A stretch of 64,000 nt of DNA from Clostridiales bacterium (GTDB lineage Bacteria > Bacteroidota > Bacteroidia > Bacteroidales > Bacteroidaceae). The stretch lies in NCBI GenBank assembly GCA_963632215.1, contig CAVGTD010000002.1:23755-87754 (forward strand), written 5' to 3'. The notes under the pieces are model-generated. The model was not told where the DNA came from. It searched no databases and was given only the letters and a program-made list of their open reading frames with translations. Below are positions 40,215 to 50,618 of this stretch, piece by piece; position 1 is the stretch's first letter; each line of letters opens with the position of its first letter. A program made the position numbers and the translations under genes.

Positions 40215-40847
40215 TCAAGGCGTGTGCTTCTTCATCTCGGGGAACACCTTAAACTCGTATCCCTGCGAGAGCAGCCACTCAATGGCCCGGGGCAGCGCGT
40301 AGAGCAGTTTGTCCTGGCTCTTGAGCGAGTCGTGGAAGGTGATGATGCTGCCGTTGCGGGCGTAGCGGCGCACGTTGAGCAGCACGTCGCGCCCGTTTAG
40401 CCGCGTGGAGTAGTCGCGCGTGACCAGGTCCCACATCACCACCTTGTAGCGGAGCATCACGATGAGGTACTGCTCCCACTTCATCCACCCGTGGGGCGGA
40501 CGGAAAAGGTCGGTGTGGAGGTATTCGTTGGCCTTGTCCACGTTGCGCACGTACGAGTTGATGCCGTGGAGCATCCCCCCGATGTGGTTGAACGTGTGGT
40601 TGCCCAGTCGGTGTCCCCGCGCCTTCACCATCTCGAACTCGCGGGGGTGCTTGCGTATGTTGTCGCCCACCATGAAGAAAGTGGCTTTTATGCCGTAGTG
40701 GTCCAGCACGTCGAGCACCCACGGCGTGACCTCGGGGATGGGGCCGTCGTCGAAGGTGAGGTACACGGCGCGCTCGTGCTTGTCCATGCGCCACAGCGCG
40801 CGCGGATAAAGCCACCGCAAAAACCAGGCAGGTTGTTCTATAATCAC
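40215..40847 (-). CDS. Polysaccharide deacetylase (CE4/NodB)
   Basis: YLTFDDGP, GNHTFNH, FRPPHG and ITFHD. Confidence 0.92.
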   Translation of the reverse strand: MIIEQPAWFLRWLYPRALWRMDKHERAVYLTFDDGPIPEVTPWVLDVLDHYGIKATFFMVGDNIRKHPREFEMVKARGHRLGNHTFNHIGGMLHGINSYVRNVDKANEYLHTDLFRPPHGWMKWEQYLIVMLRYKVVMWDLVTRDYSTRLNGRDVLLNVRRYARNGSIITFHDSLKSQDKLLYALPRAIEWLLSQGYEFKVFPEMKKHTP

Positions 40848-40951
40848 AAGCGTGAAGAATGTTAAGAGTTACGGGGCGAAATTGTGACTTAATTTTGGGA
40901 TGGTAAAGCTTGAGGGGAATAATTTGCCATTGAAAGCCTTTAAGCTCTCCG

Positions 40952-42322
40952 TCAAAGCCCTATTTGGCTGATCGCATAAAGGGGAATGATGCGTACGTGC
41001 CTCTGGATCATGCCGTCCTCGGGGTCGGTATAGCTGATTTCGCCGAAATTTTCGAGCGAGCAGCGCACGGCTTCCGTAAGATGCTTCTCGCGCATGAACA
41101 TCCAAAGGCTTTTCATGCCGCCCTGCGTGCCTGATTTTACTTCTACGGGTATCACTTTCAGGTTGTGAATGCCGAGGTAGTCAACCTCGGCTACGCTGTT
41201 TCCTTTCTTTTCCCAAAAGAACATCTTCTGACGCTGAACGCAAGGCTTATTGCGCATTATTTCAAGTCCTGCTACCATTTCTACAAGCCCGCCTTTGTTT
41301 ACAAGTTCTTGTGGCGATGCCGTGAGGATTTGCTCAATGATTTCCTGCGACGTGCTGCTCTCGAGCTGCAGTACAGACAGGAGCAACCCGGGGTCGAGGA
41401 ACAGAGCTTTCATTCTCGCCTCGTCTGCCTCGGCATCGAGCGGCACGCCGTTGCCGGCTGTGGCTACGACGGGCGTGACAAGTCCGGCAAGCGAGAGCAG
41501 GCGGATAGCCTCCCTGATTTGTGCGCTACGGTGGTCGGCTGAGATTTGCTTGAAAGTGAGTCTTTCGCCAGCTTGATGGCAGATGCCGCGCATTGTCAGG
41601 CGTAGGAGGTCGGGGTTGACGCGCTTTTTGTACTTGCTGAAATCGTCCTCGTAGGCCAGCACGGTGTCGGCGTGCACCTGGTGGCAGTTCACGAAGTCTT
41701 TGGTGGCCACCCATACGCGTACGGCTTCGGGCATTCCGCCCACCAGCAGGTAGATGCGGAAGTATTCCGTCAGTTTGTCGTGAAAGGCTTTCTCTAAGGG
41801 GTGCTTGGCATCGGCTTGTTGGCGCATTTCGAGCAGCCCCTCTTCGCCGTTGGCGTACAAGAATTCGTCGAACGTCAACGGGTACATAAATAAGGAGTGG
41901 ATGCGGCCTACGCCAAAGGTGGGGAGTTCCTGAAGCGTAAACTCCAAGAGCGAGCCGGCTGCCACAACGTGCAGTTCGGGATAGTCTTCCTTGAAAAACC
42001 GTAGTGCCATGATGGCCTCGGGGCATTCTTGTATCTCGTCGAAGAAGAGCAGCGTCTCTCCCTCCCGAATAGGCACCTGAATGTACTTGGCAATCTTTTG
42101 GGCGATGAGGCGCACGTCGATGTCGCCGCTGAAAAACCACTTGATGGCTTTCTGACGTTCGAAGTTTACCTCCGCAAAGTATTTGAACTCCTTGCCAAAG
42201 TGCCTAATGGCCGAGGATTTGCCCACCTGTCGTGCACCCCTTATGAGCAACGGCTTGCGCAGGGGATTGTCCTTCCATTCAAGCAGCAAATGGTCAATAT
42301 TTCTCTTGATGTAATTCTGCAT
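40952..42322 (-). CDS. AAA+ ATPase (AAA_14 + DUF4143) with C-terminal PD-(D/E)xK-like motif
   Basis: GARQVGKS, FFDEIQ, GGMPEAV and AEVDYL...PVEVKSG. Confidence 0.88.
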   Translation of the reverse strand: MQNYIKRNIDHLLLEWKDNPLRKPLLIRGARQVGKSSAIRHFGKEFKYFAEVNFERQKAIKWFFSGDIDVRLIAQKIAKYIQVPIREGETLLFFDEIQECPEAIMALRFFKEDYPELHVVAAGSLLEFTLQELPTFGVGRIHSLFMYPLTFDEFLYANGEEGLLEMRQQADAKHPLEKAFHDKLTEYFRIYLLVGGMPEAVRVWVATKDFVNCHQVHADTVLAYEDDFSKYKKRVNPDLLRLTMRGICHQAGERLTFKQISADHRSAQIREAIRLLSLAGLVTPVVATAGNGVPLDAEADEARMKALFLDPGLLLSVLQLESSTSQEIIEQILTASPQELVNKGGLVEMVAGLEIMRNKPCVQRQKMFFWEKKGNSVAEVDYLGIHNLKVIPVEVKSGTQGGMKSLWMFMREKHLTEAVRCSLENFGEISYTDPEDGMIQRHVRIIPLYAISQIGL

Positions 42323-42367
42323 CCGCTTAATCTATTGAATATCAAAGACAAAGGTGGGAAAATATGC

Positions 42368-42418
42368 TCAAATCCGACAAATAATCCGCCCGAAAAGTGA
42401 TCAAATCCGACAAATAAT
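42368..42418. repeat. 18-bp direct repeat x2 (TCAAATCCGACAAATAAT), 33-bp period, in the AAA-ATPase promoter region
   Basis: Exact copies at 42368-42385 and 42401-42418. Confidence 0.85.
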
Positions 42419-42480
42419 TGAGATGGAATGCATCGAAATCGGTCTTATTTTGCATCCGAAACCACAGACTGGCACGTATG

Positions 42481-42517
42481 AAAAATCCCGAGGCGCAGAT
42501 TTCGCCCCGGGATTTTT
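42481..42517 (-). terminator. DUF2723 gene terminator
   Basis: AAAAATCCCG ... CGGGATTTTT hairpin. Confidence 0.7.
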
Positions 42518-42562
42518 GTGGATATGTGCATACGGGCTTGTACAGCCCGCGCGTGAGGTCGG

Positions 42563-45500
42563 TTACTGGTGGCCGCTCATCTGCTGAAAGTAGATTTGCA
42601 TGCCTTGCATGTAGGCCTCGTTGGTCTTCGAGAGGTTGTTGAGCTTGGGCTGCATGGCATTGTATGCCTTCGGGTCGGCTTGGCCGAGAGCCTGGACAGC
42701 CTCGAGGGTACTCGACGCGAGGTAGTAACACGTCTTGGTGTAAGTGTTTACGCGTTCGGTGCCGAGCGAGTTGATGTAGTTGAGGTAGGCGATGTTGTAG
42801 TCGAGTACGCTCTTGGCCACGCGGGCTGCCTCCTTTTTGTTGCCGGCTGCGAGCCAGAGCGAGGCGAGCTGCGAATCGTCGTCGTCGTAAGGCACGGTGT
42901 ATTCGGGAAGAACGGCCTTGCACTTCTCAAGCACTTTCAGGGCTTTCGCCTTGTCGCCCTCCTGAATGAGGCTGTGGGCGAGCATCATGAACATTCGACG
43001 GTGCGTTTCGCACATGCGTCCGGTGGTCTCGTCGAGGTAGAAGCCCTTGTGAGCCACGTTGCCGTACTTGAAGCGCGTCATCATGTTCTTGTACATGAGC
43101 TTCGAGTCGATTACGCCCATCTGTCCGAAGTTGAACGGCGTGATGCGGTAGGCGAGACCCTCGAGAACGAGGTAGTTTTGCAGGCCTGCGTAGTTGTCCA
43201 TGCCGAGCGTCACGCTCATGTACATGGGCCGCTTCCAGTTGGAACGGGCCAGCATCTCGTAGATCATCACGTCCTGACGGTAGAGGCCGCCCTGCTTCTC
43301 GTTGATGCTTTTGAGCGAGATGATCATCTTGTCGGGGATGGAGTCCTTGCCGTTGGGGAGCAGCATGCCGCTCTCAATGACCGCTTTCTTGTCGACCGAC
43401 ACCACGACGGAGTCGGTGGGGAAGTAGCCGCCCTCAGCCTTCTTCACGTAGTGGTCGAGAATGTAGGAGAGTTCGTAGGGGTCGACGTTGGGATTCTGCT
43501 TTTTGAGCTGGTTGAGTTCCTCTTTGCCCTCGGGCTTTATGGGATAGTAGGTGTGCTTTCCGTTGTCTACGTAGAAGTAGCGGCTCCACGTGATGGGCAG
43601 CGACTTGGAGTCGTAGGCCGGACGGCGCATTTGGTCGGTGTACCAGTCGGTCTGCAAGTAGCTGAGGTTGCAGACGCGCGCATCGGTGCGGTTGCCCTCC
43701 ACCTCTTGGTTGTACCAAAGGGGGAACGTGTCGTTGTCGCCGTTGGTGAAGATGATGGGGCAGTTGTCGTCGGGAAGCGTGTTGAGGTAGTTCTCGCCGA
43801 AGTCGCGGCAGGTGAAGCGGTTAGAGCGGTCGTGGTCGTCCCACGTCTGGCTCACCATTTGCAGCGGCACGATGATGCCAATGACCGAAGCCACGGCGGC
43901 AGCCAGCTTGTGGTTGTTCTTCATCAGCTTGCCGAGCCAGCTTGCCAATGCGGCAACGCCCAGGCCGATCCAGATGGCGTAGGCATAGAACGAACCGGCG
44001 TAGGCATAGTCGCGCTCACGCGGCTGGTTGGGAGTTTGGTTGAGGTAAAGCACGATGGCCAGACCCGTCATGAAGAACAGGAAAAACACCACCCAGAACT
44101 GGCGGATGCCTTTTTCCTTGCGGTAGGCTTGCCAGAACATGCCGATAAGGCCAAGGATGAGGGGGAGGCAGAAGAACACGTTGTGACCCTTGTTCTCTTT
44201 GAGCGACTTGGGCAGAAGGCTTTGGTCGCCGTAGAGAGCGTTGTCGATGAAGGGAATGCCCGTTATCCAGTTGCCGTGTTCCAGTTCGCCGTTGCCCTGA
44301 ATGTCGTTCTGTCGGCCGGCAAAGTTCCACATGAAGTAGCGCCAGTACATGAAGTTGACCTGATACGACAGGAAGAAGCGCAGGTTGTCGATTTGCGAGG
44401 GCATCTGTCCGGGGAACGTGTTGCCGTCCTTGTCGGAGAAAGTCACGTCGTTCATCGTCACGTCGCCCAACCACTCCTGGTAGGCGTTGGCGTGCGCCGA
44501 ACTGTAAATGCGCGGGAAGAGCATGGTGAGGCCCGAGGGGTATTTCACGCCCGAGGTCTCCTCGATGTTCTCGTATTGGTCGGGTTCCGACGGGTCAGCC
44601 TTTTCCACGCGCTGCGTGCGGTCCTTTTTCTCGTATTGGAAAGCACCGGCCTGGAAAGCCTGGCTCTGCGAGCAGAAAGCCTCGCCCTTGAGCAACGGCG
44701 TTGAGCCGTACTGGTCGCGGCTCATGTAGGAGCCGAGCGTAAATATGTCCTCGGGGGAGTTTTGGTCCATGGGAGGATTTTGCGTAGAGCGCACCACGAT
44801 GACGGCGTACGACGAGTAGCCGATCATCAGCATCAGCATACAGAGCAGCGACGTGTTCATGAAACGCTTGCGCACGATGAAGTTGCCGTCCTTTCCCTTA
44901 ATGCCAAGCACCACGTAGAGAGCCACGAGCAGCACAATGCCAAGCACGCCGGCCACCATGCCGTGGCCCATAAACGGAATGCCGAGCAAGGCTACGGAGA
45001 GCAGGTAGAAAAGTTTTGTGCGAGTGTGGTTAGCCGTCGTAGTACTCCAAATGGCTGTAAGCACCACGGCGATAAGCACGAGGATGTAGATAATCATGCC
45101 CACGTTGAACGGCATGCCGAGGTCGTTGGTGAAGAACCATTCAAACCAGCCGCCCACCTTGACAATGCCCGGCACAACGCCGTAAAGCACAGCGGCCACG
45201 AGGAACATACCCACCACCAAGGCTACAAGCGAGCCTTTGAGGTTGGCCTGCGGGTTGCGCTTGTAGTAGTACACCAAGGCAATGGCCGGGAGGCAGAGAA
45301 GGTTGAGCAAGTGCACGCCGATGGAGAGGCCCGTGAGGTAGAAGATGAGTACTAGCCAGCGGTCTGAGTGCGGCTCGTCGGCATGGTCTTCCCACTTGAG
45401 TATGAGCCAGAACACCAGCGCGGTAAACATGGAGGAGTAGGCGTACACCTCACCCTCGACGGCAGAGAACCAGAACGTGTCGCTCCACGTGTAAGCAAGT

Positions 45501-45883
45501 GCGCCCGTAAGACCGCAGCCCATGATGGTGACGATTTGCGCCACGGACGTCACCGTGCCGTCCTCAGTGATGAGCTTGCGCGCAAGGTGCGTGATGGTCC
45601 AGAACAGGAACAGGATGCAGAGCGCGGAAAGCAGAGCCGACATGATGTTCACGCAGAAAGCCACTTTGGTGGGGTCGCTTGTGAATTGCGTGAAGAAATT
45701 GCCTGTGAGCATGAAGAACGGTGCGCCAGGGGGGTGTCCCACCTCGAGCTTGTAAGCCGTGGTGATAAATTCGGGACAGTCCCAGAAACTGGCCGTAGGC
45801 TCCACCGTTGAGCAGTAGGTGAAGGCCGCAATGGCAAAGGTGAGCCAACCGAGAATGTTGTTCACCAACTTGTACTGTTTCAT
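42563..45883 (-). CDS. DUF2723 / TMEM260-like membrane glycosyltransferase
   Basis: SFWDCPEF, VGHPPGAP, FWFSAVEGEVY, RERDYAY and FTNGDNDTFPLWY. A -7 box lies at 45951-45958. Confidence 0.88.
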   Translation of the reverse strand: MKQYKLVNNILGWLTFAIAAFTYCSTVEPTASFWDCPEFITTAYKLEVGHPPGAPFFMLTGNFFTQFTSDPTKVAFCVNIMSALLSALCILFLFWTITHLARKLITEDGTVTSVAQIVTIMGCGLTGALAYTWSDTFWFSAVEGEVYAYSSMFTALVFWLILKWEDHADEPHSDRWLVLIFYLTGLSIGVHLLNLLCLPAIALVYYYKRNPQANLKGSLVALVVGMFLVAAVLYGVVPGIVKVGGWFEWFFTNDLGMPFNVGMIIYILVLIAVVLTAIWSTTTANHTRTKLFYLLSVALLGIPFMGHGMVAGVLGIVLLVALYVVLGIKGKDGNFIVRKRFMNTSLLCMLMLMIGYSSYAVIVVRSTQNPPMDQNSPEDIFTLGSYMSRDQYGSTPLLKGEAFCSQSQAFQAGAFQYEKKDRTQRVEKADPSEPDQYENIEETSGVKYPSGLTMLFPRIYSSAHANAYQEWLGDVTMNDVTFSDKDGNTFPGQMPSQIDNLRFFLSYQVNFMYWRYFMWNFAGRQNDIQGNGELEHGNWITGIPFIDNALYGDQSLLPKSLKENKGHNVFFCLPLILGLIGMFWQAYRKEKGIRQFWVVFFLFFMTGLAIVLYLNQTPNQPRERDYAYAGSFYAYAIWIGLGVAALASWLGKLMKNNHKLAAAVASVIGIIVPLQMVSQTWDDHDRSNRFTCRDFGENYLNTLPDDNCPIIFTNGDNDTFPLWYNQEVEGNRTDARVCNLSYLQTDWYTDQMRRPAYDSKSLPITWSRYFYVDNGKHTYYPIKPEGKEELNQLKKQNPNVDPYELSYILDHYVKKAEGGYFPTDSVVVSVDKKAVIESGMLLPNGKDSIPDKMIISLKSINEKQGGLYRQDVMIYEMLARSNWKRPMYMSVTLGMDNYAGLQNYLVLEGLAYRITPFNFGQMGVIDSKLMYKNMMTRFKYGNVAHKGFYLDETTGRMCETHRRMFMMLAHSLIQEGDKAKALKVLEKCKAVLPEYTVPYDDDDSQLASLWLAAGNKKEAARVAKSVLDYNIAYLNYINSLGTERVNTYTKTCYYLASSTLEAVQALGQADPKAYNAMQPKLNNLSKTNEAYMQGMQIYFQQMSGHQ

Positions 45884-46011
45884 TGAGATGTACGCTTTAT
45901 TTGATGTTGATGTGAATAATTGCTTGTTGCAGTTCCTTTTACGGAATTTGCAAAAGTACTCATTCCATTTTGTAAACGCTCTTGCTCACCGCATTTTTAA
46001 CGACTTAGGCA

Positions 46012-46054
46012 CACAGAGGGGGAGAAAGCCTCGGCGGCGTTCTCCCCCTCTGTG
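46012..46054 (-). terminator. Hairpin downstream of the TonB receptor
   Basis: CACAGAGGGGGAGAA/TTCTCCCCCTCTGTG 15-bp stem. Confidence 0.65.
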
Positions 46055-46073
46055 AAGTGTTGCGGGCGGCGTG

Positions 46074-48512
46074 TCAGAAGTGCCATTTCAGCTTCACGCC
46101 GCAACGGGTCGGCGTGCCGTACTGCGCAAAACGGTTGCCCATGCTGTCGAAGGCAAAGGTGGCATAGCGCGTCTGCGTGAGGTTGTCGCCCCACACCGTG
46201 ATGTCCACCCTTCCGCCGTTTTTGCAGGCCAGCGTGATGCCAGCGTGCAGGGCCAGCGTGGCATAGAAAGGCTGCGAGAACGTGTTTGCCTCGTTCCACA
46301 TCACATTGCCCGCCCCCTTTATGCTGCCCCCTATCGTAAAGTTGCGGAGTGCGCGTTTCTCGGACAGCGGTTGGGTAAAGTCGGCCGACGCACTCATCGT
46401 ATGCTCCGGCACAAACGGCACACGGTTGCCCGTGTAGTCAGTGCGTTCGCCGCTCGACGACATGCCGAGGTCGTAGCTTGTAAACGTAGCGCGCGTCAGT
46501 CCGTAGGCGGCGGCGATAATCAGACGGTCAGACAGAAGCTGTGAACGAAGTCCAAATTCAGCCCCGACGCTGCGGCTGCGTCCGGCGTTGACCATTACGC
46601 GTCCCATACCGCTTTCCGAGAAGCGGGCAATCTGCTGGTCGCGTGTTTTCATATAAAACGCCGAGAGGTCGAGCTGCAACAACTTTCCGGCAAGATTGTG
46701 GTGGATGCCCGCCTCGTAGCTCCACGTATATTCCGGTTTGTAGTAGAGCGTGGAGGCTTTTGGCTCGTCGGGGGTTACTTTCGCCATTGCGTCGTTCATG
46801 CTCGCCAGTATCTTCTCCTTGGCCGCATCGGGCAAGTAGGGGATGGCGTTAATCTGTTCGGCACTGTACTCGCCCACCTGTGTCATCATACAGCGGCGCA
46901 GTAGTTGCTGCGAAAGGTCGGAGTAGCTCTGTATGTTGTATCCCCCCGAACGGTATCCCTTGGCCACGCTTACGTAGATGTTGCCCAAGTCGCGAGGCAG
47001 CGAATAGTTCAGAGCTGCCTTGGGCAGAAACTGCCAGAAGTTGTGCTTCAGCGTTTCGTTCATTGTAGGCAGGGCGTTGAAGTCGCGGTTGAACGACATG
47101 GCTTGCCCCATACTCATCGAGAAGTTGTAAGGTACGCCCTCCTGCCCGGCATCCGACGAAAGGCGCAACTCTCGATGGTCGTAGTCGACGCGGAGACCAA
47201 GCGTAAGCGAAAGGCGGTCGACAATGCGCACCGTGCTTTGGTGGAACAAGGCCGCATTGAGCGAAGGCGTGCGCAGGTTTGAGGCGAACGGGATGCGGTC
47301 GCCCGTAAATGCGATGGACATTTGCGGCGACTGGGGAAGGTTGGCGGCTATTTGCTCATTGAGGTAGCTCACCCCGTCGTTGTAGAACGTCACCGGACAC
47401 GTGGTGCGCAACCATTGGTACATGGCGAAGATGCCCGTTGTCCACGTCCAGCGGCTGTTGGCGTTAGGGCTTTTCAGCGCAATCTCCTCCGAGAGCGTAC
47501 TCATGTGCTGCTTTTGCTCGAGGGTGAAGAGGTCGCTCTTGGTGAAATCGTTGTCCATAAACAGACGATCGTCGAGGCGTTGGAAAGCCGTGATGCTCGT
47601 CAACGTGAACCGGGGCAAGCGGTGTTCTACATTCAGTCCCGTATTCAGCAGACTGCGGCGGTAGCGGCTGTCCTCATTCTGTTCAATCACGCCCTTCCCT
47701 TCGCCCTTGGCAGCCGTCTGCCAGCCGCTCTTGGGGAAGTCGGTCGTGCGCCCGAGCAGGTAGTAGGGGCAAGCTCCCTCGTTGCTCAGTTCGTACGAGG
47801 CGGTCCAATCGAGTTTCACCACGTCGGTAGGTCGCCACGCAAGGCGGAAGCGTCCGCCGCCCGCTTGGCTGCGGTCTTGTTTCTTGCCCGTAGTAGAATT
47901 GGTAAAGTAGCCCTTTTGCCCCGTATAGTATGCCCCAACGCTCATTGCCAAGTTGGTTGACGGGTGGAGGAACGTGGTGAACGAAGCGTTCTGCGAAAGC
48001 GAGTTCTTCTCGTTCAGAGCCGTGCCGATGCCAGCCTCAATGTCGGTGCCATGGTGCGTCATGGGGTTTGCCGTGAACACGCGGATAAGCCCTCCCATGG
48101 TATTGCGCCCGTAGAGTGTCCCCTGCGGGCCGCGCAGCACGTCAACTCGCTCCACGCCGGGAAAGGCAAAGTCGTAGGCCGTCTTGTCCACGTACGGCAC
48201 GTTGTCCACGTAAAGTCCCACGGCGGGCGTGTTGATGCGCGAGCCGATGCCCCGAATGTACACCGCCGAAGTCAGCCGGCTTCCGTACGAAGGCATGTAA
48301 AAGTTGGGGGCGAGAGCCGACAAGCCTTTCACGTTCTCCACGCCCCCCTTGCGCAGTCCGTCAGCGTCGAACAGCGACACGCTGACCGGCTGCTCGCGCA
48401 GTTGTTTCGTTTCCTTAGGCGAGGCCACCACAACGGCTTCCTCAATGTTGATGTTGCGCAGCGTGTCGGCCTCGGTGGGCGCCGCTGCCATGAGCAGGGG
48501 TAAAAAGAGCAT
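46074..48512 (-). CDS. TonB-dependent receptor (non-SusC, substrate unknown)
   Basis: YIRGIGS...VGLYVD...VDVLRGPQGTLYGRN plug, GYRSGGYN and terminal WHF. A -7 box TAATTTTG near 48555 supports the ATG at 48512. Confidence 0.9.
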   Translation of the reverse strand: MLFLPLLMAAAPTEADTLRNINIEEAVVVASPKETKQLREQPVSVSLFDADGLRKGGVENVKGLSALAPNFYMPSYGSRLTSAVYIRGIGSRINTPAVGLYVDNVPYVDKTAYDFAFPGVERVDVLRGPQGTLYGRNTMGGLIRVFTANPMTHHGTDIEAGIGTALNEKNSLSQNASFTTFLHPSTNLAMSVGAYYTGQKGYFTNSTTGKKQDRSQAGGGRFRLAWRPTDVVKLDWTASYELSNEGACPYYLLGRTTDFPKSGWQTAAKGEGKGVIEQNEDSRYRRSLLNTGLNVEHRLPRFTLTSITAFQRLDDRLFMDNDFTKSDLFTLEQKQHMSTLSEEIALKSPNANSRWTWTTGIFAMYQWLRTTCPVTFYNDGVSYLNEQIAANLPQSPQMSIAFTGDRIPFASNLRTPSLNAALFHQSTVRIVDRLSLTLGLRVDYDHRELRLSSDAGQEGVPYNFSMSMGQAMSFNRDFNALPTMNETLKHNFWQFLPKAALNYSLPRDLGNIYVSVAKGYRSGGYNIQSYSDLSQQLLRRCMMTQVGEYSAEQINAIPYLPDAAKEKILASMNDAMAKVTPDEPKASTLYYKPEYTWSYEAGIHHNLAGKLLQLDLSAFYMKTRDQQIARFSESGMGRVMVNAGRSRSVGAEFGLRSQLLSDRLIIAAAYGLTRATFTSYDLGMSSSGERTDYTGNRVPFVPEHTMSASADFTQPLSEKRALRNFTIGGSIKGAGNVMWNEANTFSQPFYATLALHAGITLACKNGGRVDITVWGDNLTQTRYATFAFDSMGNRFAQYGTPTRCGVKLKWHF

Positions 48513-48790
48513 GATGCTGATTGTCGAGATTAGATGTACTTGTAAGTTTGCGGCTGCAAAATTATCGCCGCTCCCCCTTTCGGGCAATCCTAATTAATGA
48601 GGAAGAAAACCGCACGGCAAGGCGGCTGGCATACACGGTTTGGCGGTGCGAAACGACGGCGAATAAAAAATGTAAAAACACTTTGCGTCTACTAATAAAG
48701 TAGTACTTTTGCCGTGGTAAAGCGCAAGGCTTTTCCAAGCTGAAAAACGATAGGAACAAAATCAATTACCATTTAATAATTCAATAAATC

Positions 48791-50395
48791 ATGGCAACAT
48801 TAGATTTATCCAAGTACGGCATTACCGGTGCTACAGAAATCGTGCACAACCCCTCTTACGAACAACTGTTCGAGGAAGAAACCAAGGCTGGTCTTGAAGG
48901 CTTTGAAAAGGGTCAGGAAACTGAGCTCGGCGCCGTCAACGTAATGACTGGTATCTACACAGGCCGTTCACCCAAGGATAAGTTCATCGTGATGGACGAG
49001 AACTCTAAGGACACCGTGTGGTGGACTACTCCCGAATATCCCAATGATAACAAGCCCGCTTCTAAGGAAGCTTGGGAAGCTGTAAAGGAAATCGCTAAGA
49101 AGGAACTCTCTAACAAGCGTCTCTTCGTGGTTGACGGTTTCTGCGGCGCAAACAAGGAAACTCGCATGGCTGTCCGCTTCATCGTGGAAGTGGCATGGCA
49201 GGCTCACTTCGTGACCAACATGTTCATCCGTCCTACTGCTGAGGAACTCGCAAGCTTCGAGCCCGACTTCATCGTTTACAACGCTTCTAAGGCAAAGGTT
49301 GAGAACTACAAGGAACTTGGCCTGAACTCAGAAACTGCCGTTGTGTTCAACATCACAAGCCGTGAGCAGGTTATCATCAACACTTGGTACGGCGGTGAGA
49401 TGAAGAAGGGTATGTTCTCCATGATGAACTACTACAACCCCCTCAAGGGCATCGCTTCTATGCACTGCTCTGCCAACACCAACATGGACGAAACAAGCTC
49501 CGCTATCTTCTTCGGTCTCTCTGGTACTGGTAAGACAACCCTTTCTACCGACCCGAAGCGTAAGCTCATCGGCGACGACGAACACGGATGGGACGACAAC
49601 GGTGTGTTCAACTACGAAGGCGGTTGCTACGCTAAGGTTATCAACCTCGACAAGGAGAGCGAACCCGATATCTACGGTGCCATCAAGCGCGACGCTCTTC
49701 TCGAGAACGTAACTGTGGCTGCTGACGGCAAGATCGACTTCGCAGACAAGAGCGTAACCGAGAACACTCGTGTGAGCTACCCCATCTACCACATCCAGAA
49801 CATTGTGAAGCCCATCAGCAAGGGTCCCGCTGCAAAGCAGGTTATCATGCTTTCTGCCGACGCTTTCGGCGTGCTTCCTCCTGTATCTATCCTCTCTTCT
49901 GAGCAGGCTCAGTACTACTTCCTCTCTGGCTTCACCGCTAAGCTCGCAGGTACAGAGCGCGGCATCACCGAGCCCACTCCTACATTCTCCGCTTGCTTCG
50001 GCCAGGCATTCCTCGAACTGCACCCCACGAAGTACGCTGAGGAACTCGTGAAGAAGATGGAAGCCAACGGTGCCAAGGCTTACTTGGTGAACACTGGTTG
50101 GAACGGTAGCGGCAAGCGTATCTCTATCCGCGACACTCGTGGTATCATCGACGCTATCCTCGACGGTTCTATCGACAAGGCTCCTACGAAGACTGTTCCC
50201 TACTTCGACTTCGTTGTTCCTACTGAACTCCCCGGCGTTGATCCCAAGATCCTCGACCCGCGCGACACTTACGCAGACGCTTCTACTTGGGAAGAGAAGG
50301 CTAAGGACCTCGCAGCTCGCTTCATCAAGAACTTCAAGAAGTACGAGACCAACGCAGCCGGTAAGGCTCTCGTTGCCGCTGGTCCAAAGCTCTAA
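48791..50395 (+). CDS. pckA: PEP carboxykinase (ATP)
   Basis: [36 protein letters not shown] and EGGCYAK. Codon usage looks highly expressed; a -7 box lies at 48704. Confidence 0.97.
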   Translation: MATLDLSKYGITGATEIVHNPSYEQLFEEETKAGLEGFEKGQETELGAVNVMTGIYTGRSPKDKFIVMDENSKDTVWWTTPEYPNDNKPASKEAWEAVKEIAKKELSNKRLFVVDGFCGANKETRMAVRFIVEVAWQAHFVTNMFIRPTAEELASFEPDFIVYNASKAKVENYKELGLNSETAVVFNITSREQVIINTWYGGEMKKGMFSMMNYYNPLKGIASMHCSANTNMDETSSAIFFGLSGTGKTTLSTDPKRKLIGDDEHGWDDNGVFNYEGGCYAKVINLDKESEPDIYGAIKRDALLENVTVAADGKIDFADKSVTENTRVSYPIYHIQNIVKPISKGPAAKQVIMLSADAFGVLPPVSILSSEQAQYYFLSGFTAKLAGTERGITEPTPTFSACFGQAFLELHPTKYAEELVKKMEANGAKAYLVNTGWNGSGKRISIRDTRGIIDAILDGSIDKAPTKTVPYFDFVVPTELPGVDPKILDPRDTYADASTWEEKAKDLAARFIKNFKKYETNAAGKALVAAGPKL

Positions 50396-50429
50396 ATCGA
50401 ATTTCTAAATTTCGTATTTTCATAGCGTT

Positions 50430-50464
50430 AGCATTGCCCGCCTTGTGTGGGCAATGCTTTTTTT
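50430..50464 (+). terminator. pckA rho-independent terminator
   Basis: AGCATTGCCC/GGGCAATGCT stem followed by a T run. Confidence 0.85.
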
Positions 50465-50618
50465 ATGTCTGGACGGCGGCTTGTCGCGGGCGGATGCCTT
50501 GCGCTTGCTGCCGTCCTGCGTTACAAAGTTCTAACAATCGTTAGTGCGGCTTGGGGCTGTGAGGGAGCGTAAGCAAGACTTCTTACCTTTACAACCACAA
50601 ATCAAATACCTGCCATAA

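Noticed and set aside
42569..44704. Long antisense ORFs (711 aa here; also 10288-12276, 17093-18976, 19416-21194, 27641-29407, 34740-36407)
   Set aside because: They are shadows of well-supported genes, caused by GC-rich codon bias, and have no recognisable motifs.
48791..50395. Distinct base composition of pckA (and the POT transporter) as horizontal transfer
   Set aside because: It is better explained by the codon bias of highly expressed core genes.
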